A stretch of DNA of 64,000 bases from Lepidodermella squamata (taxonomy: Eukaryota; Animalia; Gastrotricha), in NCBI GenBank assembly GCA_047495785.1, contig JBLDXI010000054.1, positions 310,001 through 374,000 on the forward strand, written 5' to 3'. Of this stretch, positions 35,801 to 46,689 are shown piece after piece. Under the pieces are notes generated by a model. That model saw only the letters and a list, made by a program, of their open reading frames with translations, searched no databases and was not told where the DNA came from. The position numbers were made by a program, and so were the translations under genes. Numbering within the stretch: position 1 is the stretch's first letter; each line of letters opens with the position of its first letter.

Positions 35801-37878
35801 ATTTTTGATGACAGGTCGACTTTGGGTTCCCCACTTCCTTGCGTGTCGTTTCGCCTTGTCGCCCTTATTTGGCTGTTGTCGACTTTTTCCACGCATCCGA
35901 TGGCTGTCCTTGGGCGTATTTTCTCTGGGTTGGTGCCGATATTAAAGACTGTTACGCGCACCTTCCCGTCCTTGACCGTGTCCACCGTGTGTCCGTAAAC
36001 CAAGGTCGGTTCTTCGTTGCCCATGGAGTTTTCCGGCTTGAAGAGGACCGTCTCGCCGTCCTTAACCATTGGAACGCTACACAGCACGGTTGACCTTGCC
36101 CCCGGCGGAATGATTTGTTCTTGTGCCATACGTACTGCCCTCATCGGGAGTCGTAAAGCTGCGGGGCCTTGTGTTGCCTTGCAGGGTATCACCGTGTCGT
36201 TCCACAACAGTCTGTTCCGTGGTATGTCGACTATGATACCATTGTCTTTGATGAAGTCGAACCCTAGGAGGCCTTCCGCATTTAGCGCCTCCATTACGAC
36301 GAACGGTTGTTTTGTTTTGAACGGTCCCGCAGCCAGTTCGACAGATGCTTGTCCTTTTATCGTGGCTTCTGACCCATCCGCGTTTACTGCCGCCATTTCA
36401 CGTATTGCCACTTTTCTTGGATCAACCAGATCGGCTCTGATTGCGCTAACCGCTGCTCCCGTGTCGACCACGAATCGCACGGTTTTCCCATTTGCTTGAG
36501 CATCCAAGGTCATACTTCTGTCCCCCAGGCTATTTACCGCTAGCATGCGAACCGGGAAGTATCTTCTCTGACCTTGTGGTTGGTTTCTTCTTGGCGTTGT
36601 GGTTGGCTGTCGAAACCTTCCGTTGCCGTTCTGGTTCCCCGAGGCTCTGCAGTCTTTTGCGTAATGTCCCGGCCGCCCGCAGTTGTAACAGCAGCAATCT
36701 TTTGTTGTACCGTTTCGGTAGTTACTCGTTCTTAATTGGTTCATTGGCCATCGAGTCTGCCGAGGGGGTCCGCTGCGCGCAACTTGCTGCCTTTGGTTTG
36801 GGCAATTCCGCCGTATGTGTCCTTTTTGTTGGCACCCGTAGCAGGTTTTCTCCGAGTCTGTTATTGACAATTGATTGATACCAAGCAGTTCCTCGCCCAC
36901 GATCTGCTTTCTTTGATCGTATTTGTCGCATTGTTGGAGCAGCCAATTGGGATCGTCATTGTTGATCGGCTCGTCCTCATCTGGATGGTCGTAGATGAAC
37001 GCGCGGTACTCTCGTTGGAGTCCCGCCTTAAACGTGTCTGCTAGCAGCTTGCTGAAACCCGCGTCGTCGGTCATCTCCGCCCATTTCCCCAGCCGCTTCA
37101 GCTCTCGTTGAAATTCTCTTGGTGTCTCACCTTTCTGTTGGCGTCGTTTGACGAATGCCTCGCGTTGAGCTTGTTTATTGACGTTCAGTCCCACCACTTC
37201 CATAATTTTCTGCCGGATTTTTGAGTAAGTCGTGAGTTGGTCCAGAAAGCTGTCCTGCCAATCTTCCTGGTACTGTACCGGCAGGAGGCAGCGGACCATT
37301 GTTCGTGCGCCTCCAAATGTCAGACGTTTGTCACCTTCGGCGAACGGGTCGGTGCCCGCCGCCGGCTCTTTGGCCCCAGCCGCTCTTGCTGCGGCTTCGA
37401 ATTTTGCGAATGATTCCTCGAATCGTGCCACTGATGAAACGTCAAATGGTTCGATATGTTTGAAAGTTACTGACGCTGGTATTTTGTAGTCTGCCATTGC
37501 CGTCTTCTTTACTACTTTGGACGATAGACTTTTCTTTCCTTTTGGAGTTGGTGGGTTGATAGTTGGTTCGTTAGCGACGTTCGCGACCTTGGGTGACTCG
37601 TCTTCTCTGACCGTGCTCGATCGCTTTAAGCTGTTTGCTATAAATTTTCCTGCTGCTTGCAAGAAGCTAGGCCGCTGTTCCTGCGGGTTCGGTGAGCTTT
37701 TGGTTAAAGAAGAGTTTTCTGTGGGGAGCAATAGATTCTCTAGGGTTCCCTCTTCCAAAGGTTCTTCTTTAAGGTTATCCACTGCCCGTTTGTTAGTCTT
37801 GGGTTTTGCTGCTTTTGGAGGTGTCTTACCGTCCTTCAAGGGAATCCCTTGTTCCTGATACTTTGCCCTAGTGGTCAC
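32851..37878 (-). CDS. gag-pol: Ty3/Gypsy gag-pol polyprotein (single intact ORF)
   Basis: Two CCHC knuckles (CYGCQQKGHIRRNC, CYNCGRPGHYAKDC), protease VVDTGA, RT YLDD, RNase H SDASNWAIGAVL, integrase HHCC + DDE core and GPY/F-like module; order PR-RT-RH-IN. Confidence 0.97.
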   Translation of the reverse strand: MTTRAKYQEQGIPLKDGKTPPKAAKPKTNKRAVDNLKEEPLEEGTLENLLLPTENSSLTKSSPNPQEQRPSFLQAAGKFIANSLKRSSTVREDESPKVANVANEPTINPPTPKGKKSLSSKVVKKTAMADYKIPASVTFKHIEPFDVSSVARFEESFAKFEAAARAAGAKEPAAGTDPFAEGDKRLTFGGARTMVRCLLPVQYQEDWQDSFLDQLTTYSKIRQKIMEVVGLNVNKQAQREAFVKRRQQKGETPREFQRELKRLGKWAEMTDDAGFSKLLADTFKAGLQREYRAFIYDHPDEDEPINNDDPNWLLQQCDKYDQRKQIVGEELLGINQLSITDSEKTCYGCQQKGHIRRNCPNQRQQVARSGPPRQTRWPMNQLRTSNYRNGTTKDCCCYNCGRPGHYAKDCRASGNQNGNGRFRQPTTTPRRNQPQGQRRYFPVRMLAVNSLGDRSMTLDAQANGKTVRFVVDTGAAVSAIRADLVDPRKVAIREMAAVNADGSEATIKGQASVELAAGPFKTKQPFVVMEALNAEGLLGFDFIKDNGIIVDIPRNRLLWNDTVIPCKATQGPAALRLPMRAVRMAQEQIIPPGARSTVLCSVPMVKDGETVLFKPENSMGNEEPTLVYGHTVDTVKDGKVRVTVFNIGTNPEKIRPRTAIGCVEKVDNSQIRATRRNDTQGSGEPKVDLSSKMLTEDQRRQVRNLIKRYADIFSKDDDEVGHCPFIEHKIRVSGPPFRQPLRRSTHEEREIMRREVERMERMKVIRPSNSSWASAVCLVRKKDGKYRFAIDYRVLNKRVHEAGYADPFPLPRIDDTLEALGGAAYFSTFDLQSGYWNVPMEEKSKAYSAFITPWGLFEWEVMPFGLSNAPATFQRLMQYVFHGILFEEVLIYLDDIIVFSKSFEEHMVRLEHTFERIRKAGLKMKPSKCHIAQEEVEFLGYLVSGKGVRPDPKKTAPVINYPVPKDVSQVRSFLGVCSYYRRFIKNFAKIAEPLIALTRKSEEKFEWNKATQEAFEALKGFLVSPPILGYPQFEKPFKIYSDASNWAIGAVLAQDQADADGTIREVVIAYASRQLTKTERNYCATERELLGIYWAVKTFRPYIRINDIVYLYTDHNPIVQLDQARDSTGKMARYKMLLQEYNIQYIYKPGKTHTNADGLSRTPPNTSGKEGEQTIPAILSLQFANELSTENIAREQQQDSKIQNLINDCKAGRTKMYTFENQLLRFKSRREKGPAEVVVLPETLIQSAIKQAHLELGHLGADKTCEHLKNRFYFAEMEERTKRTIDCCVPCQRRKEPQADVVPMQHIAEAEYPLQKVCWDVAKLITSYSGNNCVLFIGDIFTKYVKGYPMKNEQTATIVRHFLHFVSEHGCIESIHNDQGRNFESRTITELCKAIGIERTRSTAYHPQGNGFIERFNRTVKAMLAKVIDEKQRDWDVQLPWKLQAYNAAKQDSTGYTPYFLFHGRPFRFPTDVLLQNAPKFRSTDAYAIEINERLRKAYADTRANAEAARTKQKAQHDKGRKEREGFTIGELVLLHEPLRQLHLSRKLHCPYTGLYTIVAKTGPVTYAIRLLDGRAPSRIVNLARLKPFNADEVETIREAAGLVPEEIEEGEGPPLGIEDPNGEIITAPVTADATVEEMRQQCPDAGIAEEPEEVGGERPKRARRQPDFYQAGQE

Positions 37879-38004
37879 CTTGAGGAAGGATAACTATCTT
37901 ATGAATGGCGAAGTTGATGCTTTTGACGAGAAGACAAGTAGGGACTAGAGAGTTATCGTGGTTTTAAAATTTCTGAGAGCTGAGAGCGGAGGGCTACTAG
38001 ACCA

Positions 38005-38017
38005 ACCGCTGCCACCA
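38005..38017 (-). promoter_or_regulatory. Primer-binding site complementary to tRNA-Leu 3' end
   Basis: Minus strand TGGTGGCAGCGGT, 4 nt after the LTR-terminal CA; complement ACCGCTGCCACCA matches the 3' end of animal tRNA-Leu(AAG/TAG) as recalled. Confidence 0.85.
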
Positions 38018-38021
38018 GTTA

Positions 38022-38306
38022 TGTAACTGGGTTCGGGGTTACAAGAGACTGGATTGGCTAAGCAAGTGCTTTATTAATATACTCCGGTGAGTACTACTTT
38101 ATCACACAAATGAGGAAGTTTATATAGGCAGCGGATGAGGGGGCTGGGAGCTTCTAGAAGCTTCTGTTGTTGGATTGTTGTTGGTTTGTTATTGGTTTGT
38201 TGTTAGCGTCTCCTGGTAGCGCGGCATAAACAGTTACCGTTGCTTAGCTCTGCCTGGTGATGATCCCTCAGAATAGACAATTAGTTGTCCATGCGCCAGG
38301 GTCACA
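38022..38306 (-). repeat. 5' LTR (~285 bp)
   Basis: Minus strand TGTGACCCTGG...CCCAGTTACA (TG..CA with imperfect terminal inverted repeat), TATA-like TATATAA near 38120-38126, AATAAA near 38070-38075. The outer boundary is inferred without a second LTR. Confidence 0.7.
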
Positions 38307-39959
38307 TAATTTAGCAGGAGCTCATATTTTACGACTAGCACGATGAAGCAATTGTTTTGAATCTTGCTACGATCGAACTGGGAGGACCAAAATCTCAGTC
38401 TCAGGTGTTTTCCACTTGTTTTCTAGGACCCAGCCGAAGAAACCAAAGGGTCCCCCCCCCTGTGGTTTTATCAGCCTTCCTATGGTTGGAGTCCTGGAGC
38501 TGGGGTGTCGCGACACCCCAGGCCCCCCTGTACTTCGCACCCTGCCCGCGAGCGACCCGCGAGCGGGCAGTTGTGTCGCTGTGATTTAAAGCTGTGATTT
38601 TCGGGGAAATTTCAATGATACTGCTTCAGATGGTTGAATAGAGCGTTAGCTACTGGCTTTTACGACTACGGTTCATCTACAGCCGATGAAAACTGTCTTT
38701 GCAACGGCAGGGTAGAGTGAGGCTAAAACTGGATTATTTTTTAAAAATTATCTTGAAAATGTGCATTAGGAGAATTTTTCAATTTAATTCAATTTAATTT
38801 AATTTAATCTTTTTAATTTAAATTCGAATAATTTTCTCAATATTGAAATGGCTTGAGCGTCCAGTCTCTTATTATTTTTGCAGAGTGGTTACAATGGTCA
38901 TTTCGTTACCCCTTGGCCCTTGGTTGTTCATAAACCAAGGTCGACGTAGGTACCTATAATTTGTAAAAAAACAATGTTCCCGTCGCATCACACGATGATC
39001 AGTCTAGTCTAATTCTGTATCGGCTGGCGTATTATCATAATTCAGCTGCAATGGGGCAATTAGATACTTTCGCCGTGTTTATATTGCAAACATATGTATA
39101 CTTCTGATTGTCTCTGAAGAAATCAATCACTAATATTTTTTTCAGAGCCGAAAGATCTCGGATTCTCACCGTCGTCATTCCAATTTTCGATACTCGAAAA
39201 ATTCCAAAATAAATCGCGTTAAGCGAAAAAAAGCTTAATATCATTTTATTATTGAACCTCAGAGCTATGCCCAAAAATTCAAATAAATCAGAAAAATTTA
39301 TGAAATTCGGCCAGTGAAAGCATCAACAAAAATTAAAATTAAAAGAATATTCACCACATAATATTTCGACAATTTATTCTTTTTTCAATATGCCTATCCA
39401 AATAATGACTCTCGCAGTCGGGACCAGCTGCAGCCAGAACTCAGCACCAGTCGGCAGATTTGGCTAACATCGCCGTGTACCACCTGTTCAAGCGATGGTG
39501 GCCAAGGTTTGACGCCGAAAACAGAAACTGAGGTTCGAACTCGGAGCACCGACCGAGGTTGGTTGAGGCGTGTCGTGGTGTTTGGTTTGTTACCGGGAGT
39601 GGTGTTTCTACGCGACCTGAAAACATAACGAAAACCAATTTTTAGAAAATTTCAAGATTTAAAAAAATTATAAAATTATAAAAATTATGAAATAAATTTT
39701 AAAACAATTTCAAATTTTAAATTTTAAATGAAATTGAGAATTTTAAAAATATTAAATAAAATCTTGAATTTTGAATTTTGAATTTGAATAAAAATGGAAA
39801 ATTTTAAAAATTCTCAAAAAAATGAAAATGAACTGCAATTGAAGTCGATGATTGATTTGAGAGTTTGAATTTTACGGAATAAAGAGGCGACGTTGCCGAG
39901 CAAGCTCAATTTTTCCGTAGCATAAGGATATTGAATAACTTGATAATTCAAAATTAAAT

Positions 39960-41173
39960 ACTCACAAACCATGGCTGGAGGATTTCAAATCGATGGCTAC
40001 TTCGCTACTGGTCGACTTTGCCGTACGGAGTAACGATTCCTCTCCACTGTTGATTTGAGCGGATTTGCATTTGATTCGAGTCTCCAGCTTATTTGAACAA
40101 CTCGTCGCTTTTTCTAAAATTGAGAAAAATTAAATTTTGTTACGCTCGAAGAAATAGATTCGTAACTTACGGTTCGCCTCTTGACTGCCCCGTCGGATCG
40201 GCAATCTGCGCCGCTCCAGATGTGGTCTGCGCCGCTTGGGAGGCGGTCAGCTTCTCAAGGTCAGCGAGTTCTATCGATTCGAAGGCTTCGTCCGGGACGG
40301 CAGCAGCGGTGGAAGCAAGTCATAGCTATGTTAATGAGAATATTACTTTACTCGCTTTACTGATATATATTACTGATAAATTAACTGGCTAGCTGAAATT
40401 TTAGCAACATATAGGCGCCTATACAGCCACCAAGTCGTCGCAGCAATAATAACGACAAACAGGTAGAGAACTCACAAACTTTGCGGCAGAAGCGATTTCG
40501 ACGCACCCGGCACACCCGTTTGACACGTCTTGTGAGCCAGCTCTGGCGGGCAGCTCGTCGAGCGATTGGGACGCTAAAATTAAGAACAACAACAAAATTA
40601 GTGAGCAAGACACCTCTAGGCAAGACCGAAACACAAAAGGCAAGCAATAATAACGACTAAGAGGTAGAGATAAAATCTACGCAAGGCAACAGCACAACAT
40701 TCAGATTACTAACTTATCCAGCCGTGGCGCCGTGGCCAATTTCCTCCTTAATTGTTTTCACAGCAGAAGTATGATGAAATAACTTGATAATGGAAATTTT
40801 AATATTCACAAACCAGAGATTTCTTGCTGGTAGAAGACGCCACTGCAAATTGACGGCTCGTGGACGCGGCAGATTTGTTGCTGGTCGCAAAAGCAACTCG
40901 ACTGCGTTGCAGCTGCGCCTCGACCTCGAGATCGAGGCTTCTCCACTTCTTCAATATTGTCGGGCTTTGCAGCCTATCGACAATTCGCTGCGTTGCTACA
41001 CTGAAATTAGAGAAAATACAACTTCGCTCGAAGAAAAAATAGATTCGTAACTTACAGCTCGCCTCGCAGCTCAGCCACCTGCGCCTGTAGAAGCCTCGGG
41101 AGCCGCAATGCAGAAAACAGTGCGCAGACATCTCATCATTTTGTCGATGATTTTCAAATTCAAATAATGACAT
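39960..41173 (-). pseudogene. Two further diverged, partly disrupted copies of the small coiled-coil gene family
   Basis: Shared donors (GTAAGTTACGAATC; GTTTGTGA), last exon EEIGHGATAG* at 40746-40714, and downstream homology 40570-40810 with 46050-46290 and 29800-30030; in-frame stops in upstream exons. Confidence 0.5.
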
Positions 41174-42318
41174 GGGATCCTAAGAAAAAAATATCGTTAA
41201 ATTGCAAATAAAATGCAAAGTGTCAGACGGCAATAAAATTAAGAAATTTCGGGCGAGATTTCTTGCACTTTTTATTACTTGAAGAACGCGTGCGTTCATC
41301 TAAATCGCATTCATCTATTACGAACGCGTGCTCTAATTTGTTTGTTAGCGTAAAATCTCATTCATAAAACAGCAACGCACAGCAATAATTTTTATTGCTC
41401 CGACAGCACGCGTTCAAAACACGACACGCAAAACGGTATAGCGAAGAAGGTCGGTGGCTTTGCCTCAGGTGAACAAGCTTTGCAACACAAAATGATAAAA
41501 ATGCGCAGGTTGTCGTGTAAAATTCCTCGTCTTCAGAGCTTTCGAATGGCCCTAGGCCAAGGGCAATCGGAGAAATACTCGAATTTTAAGAGAAAAACAA
41601 AGCAGAACAACTCAGAAGTCGATTTCAGAACTCCTTGAATCTGTCTAACAAACAGTCATTTTGGCACGGGAATCGAGCGACAGAATTAAAATAAATTGAC
41701 GATATGACGTTTGGTTGTTAGCAGGTTCAGTCGGCTTAATTTCGGACTGTATAGAAATGCGAAACGTATTTTTCCTCAATTTCTTCCGAAAATAAATTTT
41801 CCTGAATTTTTTTCGAAATTCGACCCAAGGGTCAAGAAAAACCTTCAAAACCCGAAAATCAGTATGCAAAATAAAGTGAAAACTTCCAGCTAACCTAATT
41901 CGAAAAATTTTCGATTGCCAAAATTCTGGTAAAAATCGTGAGATCAGCAAAATTTGCAGACAAATTGAGAACAACTCCAAATTTTATTTCCGACACTTCG
42001 ATTTCTAATAGAAATCTTCAATGAGAAATTGAAACGTCGGAAATAAACTGTTAGCGCTAAATTTCATCAATCGTTTTTACTCCAAAAACTGATTTTAAAA
42101 TGATAATAATTTCGCAGAGCTGGAAATTCTAGGCGAGGCAATTAGTAATGAAGTTCCAGCAGTGGCCAGAAACTTGCGGCAGAAAATTGAAATGAAATAG
42201 AGTAAGATAAAAGTGGATGAAAAATCACTCGAAAATAACTAAATTCCCGGGATCATTTGAATTAACCGGGACAAAAAAATCAGCTATAATATTCATATTT
42301 AGGATAGATTCGCCTTTC

Positions 42319-44775
42319 GGCCGGCCGACACAATAGCTAATCCACAATAGCGAATCCACAATAGCACGCGACTAAATAGCGAGAATATAGTGGTAACCAT
42401 TATAGCGAGCGACTTAATAGCAAACAAGAAATAGCGCGCGACACAATAGCGAAAATATTAAGATAACCGAAATAGCCAACAACATAATACCGATTTTAAC
42501 CATCTCGCGCCCATATTTTTATTTTTTCAAAATTAAAAGCTAGTTTCGCTTAACATTAAGCCAACGAGATATCTCGTCCAAAAACGTAATGCTCGATTTT
42601 AGAGAGTAAGTAGGCGTAAGTTTCATCAGAGCCTCGTTAGCGGCCAAATATTTTTTTTCGGAGCATCGCGAGACGTCGCGGCAGAGTCGAAAGTCGGCTA
42701 CCCTTTCCTCCATCAGGTTCTGCTCCTTTTGAAGACCCATGATGAGGCGCCACAGATGCGGGTGGTTCTTGGCATTGCTGGCCGTGAATTGCTGATGCCA
42801 AGCCTCGTGATAGTTGTCGGTGCGAGGTAGCGAATTTTCCACGCGCTTCACCATGTTCCAGAGCTCGAAGTCAAATTCCGGAGGGACGCTTTGCTGGCCG
42901 TGTCGCCACACGCCGATCCAATTCTTCTCGAAGTATTGGTAGAGCTCTGCCATTTTCGGGTACTTTGCCACGACAGCCGCGAGATCGGCATCGAGAAGGG
43001 CGAAAACACGGGGCACCTCGCAAGTCGGGACGAACGCCAGTGCCACGAGGCGTTTGATGCGAACTCGCACCTCTTCATCGTCCGAGTAGACTAGTTTCAG
43101 CCCAAGAACGCAGGTGTGCCTCCAAACACATTGCGCAAGGTGAAAGACACAACCCGATAGGAGGCAGTTAGGGAAGACGATGATGATAGCTTCGATAACG
43201 GCCTTCTCGAAATCGACCATCCAGGTGATAGGCGACAACGTTGGACACACTGATCGAAGCTTGTTAAACAGTAGACAGTAGGCATCTTTCGTTTTTCGCT
43301 TCAACAAAGCATAGACAACTGGAATCGTAGTAGTTCGCTTGCTTATTTGTTGAGGCGTTGAACCAGTCGACTCAGCGGGGCGGGGCTTGAGCAACACGTG
43401 AATTGTGTACAGCTGGTAGTACATATCCGGCGAAGCCTCGAAGGTGCCATCCGACGACCAGTCGCGGAACTCGCCCATGAGATGAATGAACTCCATAGAG
43501 GCGAACACCAGGACGCGCTCAGGATCTTCCTTGCCGGAGTCATGCAGTAGAAAGGGCGCCCCTCGCGAGGTGATACAAAGCGAGTCCGGAACCGCATCAA
43601 ACTCATTAGTCGCAGCGGGTTCCTTTGGTACGTCGGCTCTAAGCTTCTTACGCACGCGCTCGAGTGCCTTTTGAGTTGACCTAGCCGATGGTAAACACGT
43701 GGTCACGCTGAGCGGGACACCAATTGTAGCATCTTGACGAATGTCGCGGTGGTTGCCTCTTGAGTCCAGTGCTTTATCCTAAAATAAACAAATCAAATAA
43801 AGTCAATTAAAATGAATTAAAATAAATCCTCACCTTCATATGCGCAACGAAGTCATGTGCTTCCATAGCTTGCGGGTCAGGCTCGTGGTTGTGGTCTCGC
43901 CATGATTCGCGATCAACGGACAGTACAGCGCCATCGGGGCCATCCCTAGTTTTAGCAGTCGCGCGGCAATTCGAGGTGACGCACTTCCAATTACCCGTAA
44001 TTTCTTTCGTCGTTGGTCGAAAGCGATAGCCGTAAGCGATGACATGGCGCTTGCCACGCTGCGACGTAGTGTAACGAATGGGCACAGGGGTGATTCGAGT
44101 GACTTGAGGCTGAGCCGGTTCCACCTCACCTTCGCTTGATGATGAGCTCGATGATGGTTCCTCCGCTTCATCCTCGCTGTATTCGTATTCCTCGTCGGCT
44201 GCCTGCAGCTCGAGATCTTCGGCGATAGCACGCGTGAGATCGAAGTCAACATCCTCATCGTCAACCTCATCACCGAAGACACCGTAGACTGCAGCAGTTG
44301 CCAGCAGATGACCCTCATTTTGTTGCTGTTGATTGCCCTGCTGATCATCGTTCACGGCTGCCGGCTGAGTTTCGACTAAAAAAGTAATAATTAAAATATG
44401 CATATATAGAAATAATAATAATAATACCTTTGTGCTTTCGCGATACATGGATTTTCAAGCCTCTGGACGATGAGCTTTGGAATTCACAGCCGTCAACTTG
44501 ACACGGAAACATTTTCGCCTCGTAATAAAAAAGGCGAGCAAATTGCCGTTTAAAAGCAATGATGCGCGTGCTCACCTTACCCGCACGTGTTTTATTCCGC
44601 GCGTGGCTATTCGCTATAGCGTCGCTCTCTATTGTGTCGCAACATAATATTTCGCTATTAAGTCGCGTGCTATTTCGGCCCGCCTTAATTTTCGCTATTA
44701 GGTCGCTTTCTATTTTGTGCCTCGCTATTTCGGGTGTTCTCGCTATTGTGTCGCATTCTATTGTGTCGCCCGGCC
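42319..44775 (-). mobile_element. Full-length Mutator-like (MULE) DNA transposon, 2457 bp
   Basis: TIRs GGCCGG(C/G)CGACACAATAG; perfect 8-bp TSD CGCCTTTC (42311-42318, 44776-44783); subterminal AATAGCG arrays at both ends. Confidence 0.93.
42540..44512 (-). CDS. MULE transposase with N-terminal C2H2 finger and FLYWCH-like domain; exons 44512-44428, 44375-43834, 43778-42540, ~621 aa
   Basis: CQVDGC..HVSRKH; YRF..WKCVTSNCRATA..HNH; catalytic SDGTF, VDFEKA, GCVFH, RTDNYHEAWH; 52- and 55-bp GT-AG introns give one open frame. Confidence 0.9.
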
Positions 44776-46191
44776 CGCCTTTCAATCGCAATCGAATTAA
44801 TAACAGTGGAAATGATTTTCTATGAAAAAACGATCTCGTTTATCTAAGTCTCAGCTGTCGGAAGGAAATAATTTAAATTATTTTAAGTTTTCAATTATTT
44901 TAAGTTTTTAATTCAATTGGGCATATCGACCATGATGTGGCGTTTTTCATGAATTTATTTTATTTAAGATATGCAGAATCTTGAATTTTCAGCAAAGTTT
45001 TATTTCAGAAAAATTAGGAATTTAATTTGCAAAAATGTTCTGGTCGATAAAAGTCACCATAAAATTCGGATAAAAAAAATTTAGAATTTGGAAAATGAAA
45101 TTCAACAAAAACTGGAGTTGAGAAAAACAGTAAAATGGGAAAACCATTATTCTATAGTGAAAAAAATTAAAACAGGAATTAAATCACATAATTCTTATGT
45201 CATATGGCTGGCCCTGCGGTTTCACCTCGCAGCAACATTTCGATCTATTACCATTAAAAATCCTAGATTTTTCGTTGAAATGACATTTCGCAATGCAGGC
45301 TTTTCATTTTCTGCTGCTTTTTACGAATCGAATAATTCGTAGAATATTTTGGAAAAATTAATTATTGAGCGCAGTAAATGTTTCACGCACAAGCCGATTT
45401 TTTAGCGAATGATTGGGTGAGGGCGTGGGGGCAATGAACGTCGCGCGTGCGCAATTTTTTTCCAATCATTGGCGTCGCAAAACGTCCACCGAAATCGTCT
45501 TACAAGTTGGATACAATTATGACGACGCGACAACCGCCGATGAAAATAAAACTGTCGTTAATTTTATAGATAATTTTTTAAGGAGTGATTTTATCACGCG
45601 GCGCGGCGAAGAAAGCAAAAAATGCTTGAATCATTTTAGAGCACGCGCATTCATTAAATTTATGATGACGTGCGTGAATGCGTGACCTATCGTGGTCGGC
45701 TTAATTATTCTATTCGTTTATCCATACATTCATCAACATGACCTGATTCGTTTGACCCTCAATTTTAACGAGTAATCTCGTAGCAAAATTACACAAAAGG
45801 CTAGAAACACCAAGCAAAACATTTCATTTATTTCATTAATTTGCTCGGCTTCTCCTTCTTCTCCTTCTTCTTATTCACCTTCGTCTTCTACCTAGTGATT
45901 ATAGGAGAAAATTAGTTGAGTCGAAGAAATCAATCACATGTTTGAAACTCACTCATAGGCCTTGCGGCACAATGCCTGGAGAATATAAACTCAGGTTTGT
46001 TTGAATGTTTCTTTGTGGAGTTTGCTCGGGAAGACCCGGCGACCTGCCTCGACGCTAAAAAAAGGAGAACAACAAAATTAGTGAGCATGACACCTCTAGG
46101 CAAGACGGAAACATAAAAGCAAGCAATAATACGACAAACAGGTAGAGATAAAATCTACGCAAGGCAACAGCACAACATTCAGATTACAAAC

Positions 46192-46689
46192 TTATCCAGC
46201 CATGGCGCCGTGGCTAATTTCCTCCTTAATTGTTTTCATAGCAGAATTATAGTGAAACAAATTGATAATTTAAAAATCAATCTTCACAAACCATGGTGGG
46301 CGACCTATTGACAGGCAGCTGCAACGCGGGCAGTGCTGGGCGTTCCATTTCAACATCAACCATGATTTCGCCCCACATTTCATTAGTTCGCAGATCGGTT
46401 CGCTGTTCGCCTTGTTGCTGTTGCTGTACGCCTTGTTGCTGTTGCTGTACGCCTTGTTGCTGTTGCTGTTGCTGTTGCTCGTAGATTGCGCTGGAATCGA
46501 TTACAAAATAGAATTAATCTAAAAGCAACTGGGTAGGTCGTAACTTCTAACTTACACTTTCGCCCTGAGCTCGGCGACTTCCGTTGCTAGCAGCAGGTTT
46601 TGTTGATGCTGCTGAACAATCGTGTCCATCAGCCTTTCCATGTGCCTTCCGACCACCTTGCTGAGACCGCCGAAGCAATTGCAACTCAT
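46192..46689 (-). CDS. Small coiled-coil/poly-Q protein, family copy C (exons 46689-46556, 46490-46292, 46224-46192; ~121 aa)
   Basis: MSCNCFGG...EVAELRAKV/AIYEQQQQQQQGVQQQQQGVQQQQQGEQ...NRSPTM/EEISHGAMAG*; canonical GT-AG introns; block 46050-47070 is homologous to 29800-30780. Confidence 0.6.

Larger units (their letters stand above)
30810..38306 (-). mobile_element. Env-bearing Ty3/Gypsy LTR retrotransposon, rearranged (3' LTR missing)
   Basis: 5' LTR + PBS + gag-pol + env-like ORF, ending in an inverted RT duplicate; no second LTR seen in the window. Confidence 0.9.

Noticed and set aside
38440-38585. GC-rich hairpins beside the LTR as an RNA gene
   Set aside because: No tRNA or snRNA signature; more likely a repeat fragment.
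44345-44825. ORFs over the MULE right end
   Set aside because: Mostly translation of subterminal repeats; only 44512-44428 is a credible exon.
46293-46484. Poly-Cys (metallothionein-like) ORF on + strand
   Set aside because: Antisense reading of the CAG/CAA poly-Q tract of the minus-strand gene.
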